Of a DNA stretch of 18,900 nucleotides, positions 7,534 to 14,391 are shown in pieces. Under the pieces are notes generated by a model. The model did no database searches and had not been told where the DNA came from. It saw only the letters and a list, made by a program, of their open reading frames with translations. The translations under genes and the position numbers were made by a program. The first letter of the stretch is position 1. Each line of letters starts with the position of its first letter. The DNA lies in the UHGV virus genome UHGV-1695514. One strand, 5' to 3'. The stretch is from a virus.

Positions 7534-8259
7534 ATGAGCCAGATCTTTTTTGACACCATAAACAACGGCCAGTACGACTTCATGACAGAGTGGGACACGG
7601 TCGCCATGGACAAGTGGGTTGCGGAAAACATCGGTCTTTCACGATGCCAGGGGGAGGCTGAGCTCTTTGATACAAAGTGGTTTGACTATCGCGACATGCA
7701 CCCGCTGATGGCAACCTGTCTGTTCACCGAAGCCTATAAGCGCGCATACTCACAGATCATGCTGTCTCATGGCCGCGAGCATTTCGAGACGGCGCCATTC
7801 AGCACTGGTCTGAAACGCCTGCCTTACCAAGAGCTTTCGGCGGTGAACAAAACCTCTCTCTGGAAAGCTCGCCAGTTTGCAGATCGGTATTGCTGTTCTT
7901 ATGACTATTTTATATCAACTGTTCTCTCTGCAGCTGCACGCCGGCTCTGGGACAAATTACCTCGCCCTCAGCATCTTTGGCAGCCAGAACTGATTGAGAT
8001 CTTCGAAAGCAAACTCGCCAGTCGTGCGGGAACGCGTCTGGATGACTCTGTAGTGAGTTTTAAGCACTTAGGAGACATGCAGCATGACCCAATTCAGGAA
8101 CGTTACTTTGAATGGGTTCTGGAGCGTTTGAAGCACATCACCCGTGATAAGCGTATCCGCACCATCTTCTCTGCTGTCTGGTTGATGGAGCTGGTGCCTG
8201 AGCGCGTTATCTATGCCCATTACCCGGAAGAACTGGAAGAAGCACGGCGACTGTGTTGA
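7534..8259 (+). CDS. hypothetical protein (241 aa)
   Basis: Long ORF with uniform coding-like composition; no recognisable motif. Confidence 0.65.
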   Translation: MSQIFFDTINNGQYDFMTEWDTVAMDKWVAENIGLSRCQGEAELFDTKWFDYRDMHPLMATCLFTEAYKRAYSQIMLSHGREHFETAPFSTGLKRLPYQELSAVNKTSLWKARQFADRYCCSYDYFISTVLSAAARRLWDKLPRPQHLWQPELIEIFESKLASRAGTRLDDSVVSFKHLGDMQHDPIQERYFEWVLERLKHITRDKRIRTIFSAVWLMELVPERVIYAHYPEELEEARRLC

Positions 8260-8282
8260 TTGCCTGTTCCATATTTTTACGA

Positions 8283-8300
8283 TTAGAAAACAACTTGTTT
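8283..8300. promoter_or_regulatory. palindromic operator-like element AGAAAACAACTTGTTT upstream of the helicase gene
   Basis: AAACAA-C-TTGTTT palindrome at 8288-8300, 23 bp before the ATG at 8324. Matches the element upstream of parA at 17 of 18 positions. Confidence 0.45.
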
Positions 8301-8323
8301 AAGCACCAAAGGATATCAAACAC

Positions 8324-9664
8324 ATGACCGAACTTTGCCACACGGGACGAGGGTTGTCTGAAGAGTTCGACGACGACTTCCAGAATCGTCTGGCGGCGTA
8401 TTTTTGCCGCGATCATGAGTTTCTGACTCGTGCCGGCGATCTGGTTGCCCCCAACCAATTCTCCAATGCGGCGAACGCCATACTGGTGAACATGGTATCG
8501 GGCTATTTCAGAATGTATAAGAGCGCGCCGTCATCGGCGGCCATCCTCGATATGTTGAAGCGTGCTAAACGCGATAAGACGATCAGAGAAGAGATGTTCC
8601 CGGATGTTGTGGCGGCGTTTAAGCGGGTGCTCTCGGAAAAACTCTCTGATACGGCTTACATGGTCGACCAGGTCGCGACGTTCGCTAAAAGTGTAGCGTT
8701 CGACGATGCGTTGATTAAAGCGGCCGAGATGAAGGAGAAGGGCGACTTCCAGGGAGCGATGGCCATCATGGCCAAAGTGCAGCAGATCGGTTCTAACGAA
8801 GCGACGGGCATTTATGACTATTACGCCTCTGCAGCGGAACGTTACAAGGCCCGTGAATATGAAGCCTCTGATGATTACGTGCCGAACAGCATCACCACCG
8901 GTCTTCCGCTGCTGGATCGCATGCTTTATCAAAAAGGTTGGGCGAAACGTGAGATGGTGCTCTTCATGGGGTTTGCGAAATCAGGTAAATCGACAGCGAT
9001 GGGGGAGTTCTCCATTAACGCAACGCTGGCCGGCTACAACGTTTTGTATCTTTCTCTCGAAGTGCATACCTCGATTCTCTCCGATCGCTTCGATGCACGG
9101 CTGTCTGAAACGGAGATGTCAAAGCTGGTAGAGCAGCGTGACGACGTTCACCGGAAACTCGCGGAGCTTGGCGCGACGAAAGGGGTGGGGAATCTCTGGG
9201 TGGTTGAGCGCCCGTCAGGAAGCATGTCGCCTGCAGATTTGGATCGTATGCTCAATAGCATGAAAGCGAATGGCATGATCCCGGATATGGTGGTGGTCGA
9301 CTATGCGGACTTGATGCGTGCCAGTTACGACCTCCGTGACGACCGGGCGAACATCCGTTCTATCTACACCGATCTGCGTGCTCTCTACGATAAGCACAAC
9401 GTTGCAGGAATCACGGCATCCCAGACCAACCGTGAAGGTGGCTCATCCGAAGTGGCCACCATGATGCACGCCGCAGACAATATCGAAAAAGTCCGTATCG
9501 CCGACTTAGTCATCACTATCAACAAGACTGAGGAGGAAGAAGCCAAAGGTGAAGCACGACTCTATTTTGCTGGTTCCCGTAACCAGAAGGGCGGGGTGAG
9601 TATTCGCGTTAAGCAGAATCTCGAACAGATGCGCTTCATCGAGCGGATCATGGAAGTTCTTTAA
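8324..9664 (+). CDS. DnaB-like replicative DNA helicase (RecA-fold ATPase)
   Basis: Walker A GFAKSGKST, Walker B-like MVVVDYADLM, helicase-like C-terminal region (ITASQTNREG); 446 aa; adjacent to a primase gene. Confidence 0.75.
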   Translation: MTELCHTGRGLSEEFDDDFQNRLAAYFCRDHEFLTRAGDLVAPNQFSNAANAILVNMVSGYFRMYKSAPSSAAILDMLKRAKRDKTIREEMFPDVVAAFKRVLSEKLSDTAYMVDQVATFAKSVAFDDALIKAAEMKEKGDFQGAMAIMAKVQQIGSNEATGIYDYYASAAERYKAREYEASDDYVPNSITTGLPLLDRMLYQKGWAKREMVLFMGFAKSGKSTAMGEFSINATLAGYNVLYLSLEVHTSILSDRFDARLSETEMSKLVEQRDDVHRKLAELGATKGVGNLWVVERPSGSMSPADLDRMLNSMKANGMIPDMVVVDYADLMRASYDLRDDRANIRSIYTDLRALYDKHNVAGITASQTNREGGSSEVATMMHAADNIEKVRIADLVITINKTEEEEAKGEARLYFAGSRNQKGGVSIRVKQNLEQMRFIERIMEVL

Positions 9665-9671
9665 AAAAATA

Positions 9672-9712
9672 GGCGTGGGGCAAAGACGGATAACAGCCCC
9701 ACGCCCTTAAAA
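9672..9712. terminator. 9-bp GC-rich hairpin flanked by A-run upstream and weak T-tract downstream; possible bidirectional terminator
   Basis: GGCGTGGGG (9672-9680) pairs with CCCCACGCC (9697-9705), loop 16 nt. The downstream U-tract on the + strand is weak (CTTAAAAATT); on the - strand it is followed by a T-run. Confidence 0.4.
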
Positions 9713-9746
9713 ATTACCTTTTGGTTAATCACAAAAGGAAAAACAC

Positions 9747-9815
9747 ATGAGCCTTTATGGTATTCAAAAAACGCGGCTTATCAAGATATTGCCGTTTAAA
9801 AACTGCGGTAAATGA
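9747..9815 (+). CDS. possible 22-codon upstream ORF translationally coupled to the primase gene
   Basis: AAGGA (9735-9739) 7 nt before ATG 9747; encodes MSLYGIQKTRLIKILPFKNCGK. Its TGA (9813-9815) overlaps the primase ATG (9812-9814), which itself has no obvious RBS. Confidence 0.25.
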   Translation: MSLYGIQKTRLIKILPFKNCGK

Positions 9816-10933
9816 CAATGAGTGACCTCAAAGAGTTACTGTCCGAGCTGGATTTCGAACAATGGCTGGATATGGAAGGCATCATCTATCGTCGCGGCGG
9901 TGTAAGCGCCCGCGGCCGCGAAGTGAATATCAAAGAATGTCCGGTATGTGGAAGCACAAACTGGAAGGTCTATTTCAACCTGACCAACAACGTCGGGAAA
10001 TGCTTCGCCGGCGATCACCCAGAAGAAATTCAATTTAATAAGCTGGTTTTCCTCAAACACTACAGCGGTAAGTCTCGTCGTGCCTTTGAGGAGTACGTAC
10101 ATAACGCACTCCTGTCTCAAGGTTGGGCGCCAAAAAAAGAAGAGGTTGTGCTGGCCAGTGCTGTGGAACTTGAAGGCCCGGTGGCTTTACCGCGGCATTA
10201 TGAACTGCCAATTGACGGTCGGCTGCCGGACTATCTTGTTGAGCGGAACATTACCCCGGAGCTGGCCAAATATTTTGACCTGCGTTACTGCGTCGAGGGA
10301 AAACATGCTTATGTCGACCCATATACCGATCAGGTAAAAGGGCAGGCATTCGATATGCGCATCCTGATACCGATTTACGATCTGAATGGGGTGATGAAGA
10401 CATTCCAGGGGCGTGACGTCACCGGCGCAGCAGAACGTCGATATCTCTTTCCAATGCAGCTGCCGGCATCCGGGAGGTTTCTCTACAATGGACATAACGC
10501 AGTTGGTAAGCAAACAGTCGTCGTCTGTGAGGGGGCTTTCGATGTCATGGGGGTTAAGCGCGCCATATTCGACGAGGAAACACTCCGGGACTACGTAGAG
10601 CCCATTGGCACGTTCGGGATGCATCTGTCCGGAAACACGACTGTAGACGCAGAAGACCAGCTGGGCGCGTTTCTGTCGTTAAAGGCTGATGGTCTGCGAA
10701 ACGTCATCATGATGTGGGATAGCGAGAAGCAAGCGATCCGAAACACAATGGCGGCCGCCAGACGATTAGCCAGTATAGGGTTAAATGTGAAAATAGCCTG
10801 TCTTGGAGAAGAAGGGCTAGATCCCGGGGAGGCCACCCAGGAACAAATTCTCAAAGCCTACTATCGTGCAAAACCCTACTCTAAGCAACTGGAGCTGCAG
10901 AGCAAGGTTCTCGGTATTAGTGCATTTAATTAG
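9812..10933 (+). CDS. DNA primase (zinc-ribbon plus TOPRIM, DnaG/T7 gp4-primase-like)
   Basis: Zinc-binding-type CPVCGS...(14)...C-x4-H near the N-terminus; TOPRIM signature VVCEGAFDVMG (E-G-x-x-D) and a downstream acidic MWDSE motif; located next to the helicase gene. Confidence 0.7.
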   Translation: MTMSDLKELLSELDFEQWLDMEGIIYRRGGVSARGREVNIKECPVCGSTNWKVYFNLTNNVGKCFAGDHPEEIQFNKLVFLKHYSGKSRRAFEEYVHNALLSQGWAPKKEEVVLASAVELEGPVALPRHYELPIDGRLPDYLVERNITPELAKYFDLRYCVEGKHAYVDPYTDQVKGQAFDMRILIPIYDLNGVMKTFQGRDVTGAAERRYLFPMQLPASGRFLYNGHNAVGKQTVVVCEGAFDVMGVKRAIFDEETLRDYVEPIGTFGMHLSGNTTVDAEDQLGAFLSLKADGLRNVIMMWDSEKQAIRNTMAAARRLASIGLNVKIACLGEEGLDPGEATQEQILKAYYRAKPYSKQLELQSKVLGISAFN

Positions 10934-11053
10934 TTCGACTCATGGCTGTAGTTCCATATCCGTGTCGGAAATACCATAATTTTTTTATGGATGTAGGTAT
11001 CTACTTAAATATTTTAATGTAATAAATAACACTTTGGTTATGGAGGACATCAC

Positions 11054-11842
11054 ATGAAAAAAGGTATCGAACAGGCAGTTTTAGAGATGATCAAGAAGTC
11101 AGGCGTAGAGCTTGGCGAGGGAGAACTGGAGAGCATCATCGATGCCTCATTCAACACGGCATCAGAGCACATATCGAATGCGCTATCCTGCATTCCTCTC
11201 AAAGAAGGGGCGACACATACGTCGGTGTTAGTGTGGTACGCAAAGACGCCTGAAATGCCCGGTACTGTTCAAAAGCGTGTAGCTCTGGTTGCGTTCATCG
11301 TCCCGTCGTTTGAGACCGGCATTGGGCCAGTCGCGCGTTTTGGCGCCTGGTATGACGACAAAATCATCTTCTCAAACTGCTACCAGATGGAAAGCAGGGA
11401 AATGCTTGAGAATAGCGTTAACGTGACTCTAAGAGCCGTAGAAAGCAAATGCGAGACAGTAGGAGAGGCTTTCGTCAGCGTCATGACTTCTCCCGATGTT
11501 GAAAGGCGCCATGTAGATCTGGTAGCACCACCAGGCTTGTTGGAAATGATTGTCTCTGGAGATTACAACAAGGCTATAGCGCGTGTTCGTGAGCTGGACT
11601 ATGGGCGTATCTGCGACTTGTGTCGTAGTGATCTGGATTTAATCAATGTGATCGTTGAGGCTGGCCGCGTCTGTGATGGGGTGTTGGCACAATACGCAAG
11701 TAAGATCAGTCGTTTGGCCAATGAAATGCCTATGCTGATTCAGGAAGCCAAATCCCACGCCGTTCATGCCGCAAACGACCTGCTAACCCCTTATCGATAC
11801 GAAGCCGCAAGTGACAAGATGACCGGCTGGGCCACCTGGTAA
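11054..11842 (+). CDS. hypothetical protein (262 aa)
   Basis: GGAGGA (11042-11047) 6 nt before ATG 11054; coding-like composition; no recognisable motif. Upstream AT-rich region contains a GTAGGTATCTACTTAAAT motif. Confidence 0.7.
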   Translation: MKKGIEQAVLEMIKKSGVELGEGELESIIDASFNTASEHISNALSCIPLKEGATHTSVLVWYAKTPEMPGTVQKRVALVAFIVPSFETGIGPVARFGAWYDDKIIFSNCYQMESREMLENSVNVTLRAVESKCETVGEAFVSVMTSPDVERRHVDLVAPPGLLEMIVSGDYNKAIARVRELDYGRICDLCRSDLDLINVIVEAGRVCDGVLAQYASKISRLANEMPMLIQEAKSHAVHAANDLLTPYRYEAASDKMTGWATW

Positions 11843-11887
11843 GCCGTGACTATGTACTGTGTCCCCGTACAGAGTTATTTAAACTGA

Positions 11888-11904
11888 TTAGTAAGTAAGT
11901 ACAA
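11888..11904. promoter_or_regulatory. TAGTAAGTAAGTACAAG motif; candidate operator/promoter element
   Basis: Direct GTAA repeats (GTAAGTAAGTA at 11890-11900), 21 bp upstream of the ATG at 11922; same family as the 7502 and 14320 motifs. Confidence 0.4.
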
Positions 11905-11921
11905 GATTATCATTTAGAGAA

Positions 11922-12389
11922 ATGGCTACCAAAACTGACTTATCAAAAATCCCTTCGATCTCTGGACTCAACGGCTACTCGCTGCGTTGCCCGGAAGTGA
12001 AGCTTAACGGACATGACTCGTACTGCAGCTACACCGTCTGTCAGCACACGATCCTTGCCTTCAAAGAGAAGCGACTGCCGGCGTCATCGTTCACCTCCTG
12101 TGCGAACGCCATTTCGGCCGGAAAATGCCAGGCGCTGGAAATGATGGTGGAGGAAATCCGGCAAGGTGAGTCGCTGTATTTCGTCGATATGCCGGCGCTC
12201 ATTGAAGAGGTGGAGGAAAGAAACCGAACAGCGAGAACCCTGCAGCCGAAGAGAGGCAGTGCATCTATCTACAGTGGAATTAAAGGGAAGCGCCAATCTT
12301 CGACCGTTGCTGAAACTGGCAGACTGCCCGATGCCAGCGAGATTTATTCAGAACTTATCAAAGAAACCTTAAAGGAGAAGACCGACTAA
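11922..12389 (+). CDS. hypothetical Cys-containing protein (155 aa)
   Basis: First gene of a run of four genes with overlapping start/stop codons; five Cys in the N-terminal half (possible metal site); no recognisable family. Confidence 0.6.
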   Translation: MATKTDLSKIPSISGLNGYSLRCPEVKLNGHDSYCSYTVCQHTILAFKEKRLPASSFTSCANAISAGKCQALEMMVEEIRQGESLYFVDMPALIEEVEERNRTARTLQPKRGSASIYSGIKGKRQSSTVAETGRLPDASEIYSELIKETLKEKTD

Positions 12390-12637
12390 TGGAGAAGCTG
12401 ATCGCGCTTAAACATAAGCTGGACGCCATTAAAGCAATGGGAACGAACGCCAAGAAAGAGGCGCTGGCCAGTATGAATGACTTCGAACAAAGAATGGTGT
12501 CACTCATGCTGAACCCATTTGTTCGTTTCGGGGTGAAGAAATACAAAGTGGCCGATCCACTTAGCAAGTCCGTACCCAGTGATCAGAAGGCGATAGAGCT
12601 GCTGGAGCAACTGATTGAAGCAGGAGAATACTCATGA
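12389..12637 (+). CDS. hypothetical protein (82 aa)
   Basis: ATG overlaps the upstream stop (TAATG); helical, charged composition. Confidence 0.55.
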   Translation: MEKLIALKHKLDAIKAMGTNAKKEALASMNDFEQRMVSLMLNPFVRFGVKKYKVADPLSKSVPSDQKAIELLEQLIEAGEYS

Positions 12638-12786
12638 TTCCATACATCATATTGACTTTTTCTGGAGGCGTCGCCCTTGGCTTCATCATCTGTCATGACT
12701 TGATCAAGCAGGAACTGAAGACCAAAACACTACGTATCGGTAAGCGGGTATATCGCGTCGTTCACGAGACAGGGGTATCAAAATGA
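12634..12786 (+). CDS. possible small membrane protein (50 aa), below the ORF-track length cut-off
   Basis: ATG 12634 overlaps the stop of the upstream gene (ATGA). Encodes MIPYIILTFSGGVALGFIICHDL... with one N-terminal TM helix. Its stop (12784-12786) overlaps the ATG of the next gene (12783). Confidence 0.35.
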   Translation: MIPYIILTFSGGVALGFIICHDLIKQELKTKTLRIGKRVYRVVHETGVSK

Positions 12787-13082
12787 GCAATCTAACCTCG
12801 TTTGACTGGTGGATAGGCTTGTACTTTGTGGCTTCTGGTGTCGCAGTAGCTTTTACGATTGGCCAGTCCCTGGTAAAGCTACTGCTTTTAAGATTCGCCA
12901 ATCGCAAGCGTATCGATGACACGCTTTGGTGCCTTGGATCTCTACTTGAACAGCGTTACGGCGAGCTGAAGGAAGGTGCAACCCTTTGCATAAAGGCAAA
13001 ACGTTTCACGGCCACAATCCAACGGACGCAGGATGAGAAGCCAGTACTGATCAAAAAAGGAGCAAGCGAACGCATGAAATAA
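12783..13082 (+). CDS. hypothetical small membrane protein (99 aa)
   Basis: N-terminal hydrophobic helix (WWIGLYFVASGVAVAFTIGQSLV), then a basic tail; last gene of the overlapping run. Confidence 0.55.
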   Translation: MSNLTSFDWWIGLYFVASGVAVAFTIGQSLVKLLLLRFANRKRIDDTLWCLGSLLEQRYGELKEGATLCIKAKRFTATIQRTQDEKPVLIKKGASERMK

Positions 13083-13108
13083 TAGGTAAGTGTTTACTTA
13101 TTAAGTTG
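13083..13108. promoter_or_regulatory. GGTAAGTGTTTACTTATTAAG motif (TAAGT-N4-ACTTA inverted half-sites)
   Basis: Same half-sites as the 2387 and 7386 palindromes; lies at the start of the long non-coding tRNA region. Confidence 0.35.
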
Positions 13109-13472
13109 ATATAAATATGATTGACTTGTTTTCGTTGAGACGCGACTGTTTGAACGTTTAAAGATAACTGCAAACGACAATCAGTATCTGGCAGTAGCCT
13201 AAAAAGCCAAACACCAGCGAGGTCAGTTTCCAGCCTCGTCACCGAAATGGGACACACTAAGCGAGTGTGATTGCAAAACGCAGGTAGGGCATCTGGTTAA
13301 CCAGTGCCCTTACCGATGAGGTAACAGAATGGGCGGTTGGGTTTTATGTCCAACACATCCCGGCTCCCAAAGGCCCGACCGTCTATCCTGTTACGTCATT
13401 TCTGTTACTTATGTCGTTTAGTTTTGGGTTAAAAATGGCGACGTAACCCGGCTGGTTAGGTGAGCCAGCACG

Positions 13473-13566
13473 CAACGTTGAGACCACTGGTTTTTGCATC
13501 ACAGAGGCAGAGCCGGCAGACATGTAGGGCCAAGTACATTAATCCGTCCCAGTGGTCTCAACGTTG
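13473..13566. repeat. 18-bp perfect inverted repeat enclosing a 58-nt loop (structured RNA or DNA hairpin)
   Basis: CAACGTTGAGACCACTGG (13473-13490) and its exact reverse complement CCAGTGGTCTCAACGTTG (13549-13566). Confidence 0.7.
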
Positions 13567-13809
13567 TGGTCACGGATTCATTATCCTTCTGGTTATAGCC
13601 ATTGTTGTCACTGCCCCGTGGCCACAACGATTAAATGATTCCATACATCTAATTAGATCTGAATGAAAACTCTCCTCAGCCCTCGGAGAGTATTTGAAGA
13701 TCTTGGCTTGTAAGCGTTTGGTGAACACGTAAAGCACAAGTGGCAGGAAACGGTAGGACTGCTGCGAACGACACCGGTGAATCGACAGCGGCTGACGGTG
13801 TCAACCTTA

Positions 13810-13884
13810 GATGGTGTAGCTCAGTGGTAGAGCGGTTGACTGTTAATCAGCTGGTCGGTGGTTCGAATCCCCCCACCATCGCCA
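13810..13884 (+). tRNA. tRNA-Asn (anticodon GTT)
   Basis: Manual cloverleaf: 7-bp acceptor GATGGTG/CACCATC, U8-A9, D-arm GCTC-AGTGGTA-GAGC, anticodon arm GTTGA-CTGTTAA-TCAGC (anticodon at 13842-13844), T-loop TTCGAAT, discriminator G and encoded CCA (13882-13884). One U-C mismatch in the T-stem. Confidence 0.7.
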
Positions 13885-13973
13885 CAACGGTAAGGGTATT
13901 TGGACGACAGCAAGGAAGGCGCGCTCTTTGGCTGTTCGCGACGGATCTGATTCCCTGAATGCCCTTACCGTTG
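13883..13973. repeat. 14-bp perfect inverted repeat enclosing a 63-nt loop, starting at the 3' end of tRNA-Asn
   Basis: ACCAACGGTAAGGG-type arm at 13883-13896 pairs with 13960-13973 (CCCTTACCGTTGTG); the loop contains further short complementary segments. Confidence 0.65.
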
Positions 13974-14041
13974 TGATGAATTGCAGCTCGTTGAAGCAAC
14001 CAGAAGATAAGCATCTGGCGTCACAACGAACGGAGGATAGA

Positions 14042-14128
14042 GGGCATGGCGCCCAAGCGGTCTTGAAAACCGTCCCATTGCGAAAGCGATGATGGTTCGA
14101 TTCCATTATCCTCCGCCAACACAGCGTT
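14042..14128 (+). tRNA. tRNA-Ser (anticodon TGA), class II with long variable arm
   Basis: 7-bp acceptor GGAGGAT/ATCCTCC, anticodon arm GCGGT-CTTGAAA-ACCGT (anticodon at 14074-14076), variable arm with GAAA loop, T-loop TTCGATT, discriminator G and encoded CCA (14126-14128); 87 nt. The D-arm is atypical in my hand fold. Confidence 0.65.
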
Positions 14129-14129
14129 G

Positions 14130-14210
14130 AGCGGTTTGGTTTTGTTTTTCTTATCGAAAAGACTCCGCCTGTCACCATGGCCAGACCGCTCAACGCTGTG
14201 ATAGACATTA
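14130..14210. repeat. 16-bp perfect inverted repeat enclosing a 49-nt loop, starting 2 nt after tRNA-Ser
   Basis: CACAGCGTTGAGCGGT (14130-14145) pairs with ACCGCTCAACGCTGTG (14195-14210). Confidence 0.7.
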
Positions 14211-14273
14211 CGGCAGACGTTCTTTAACCATAGCTTCTAGCATCTTAGCAACACTTTTTTCAGCGCAAAATCC

Positions 14274-14297
14274 AAAGGGGCTTCGGCCCCTTTTCTT
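14274..14297 (+). terminator. rho-independent terminator
   Basis: AAAGGGGC-TTCG-GCCCCTTTT hairpin with a following T-tract; closes the tRNA region. Confidence 0.7.
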
Positions 14298-14319
14298 GCA
14301 TAAACGCCCTTGTCGTTAT

Positions 14320-14335
14320 GTAACTACTTACTTAC
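14320..14335. promoter_or_regulatory. GTAACTACTTACTTAC, exact reverse complement of the 7504-7519 motif
   Basis: 16-nt exact inverted match to GTAAGTAAGTAGTTAC, located 56 bp upstream of the phoH start. Confidence 0.45.
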
Positions 14336-14391
14336 TTTTGTGTTAACTTTTAGGTATAGTTCGTCTGGTTACTCACTTGAAAGGACTCAAT

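Noticed and set aside
13460-14208. ORFs 13460-13666 (+), 13740-13958 (+) and 13843-14208 (-) in the tRNA region.
   Set aside because: They run through the tRNA genes and the long inverted repeats, have no RBS, and owe their length to the structured sequence; the region is better explained as RNA-coding or regulatory.
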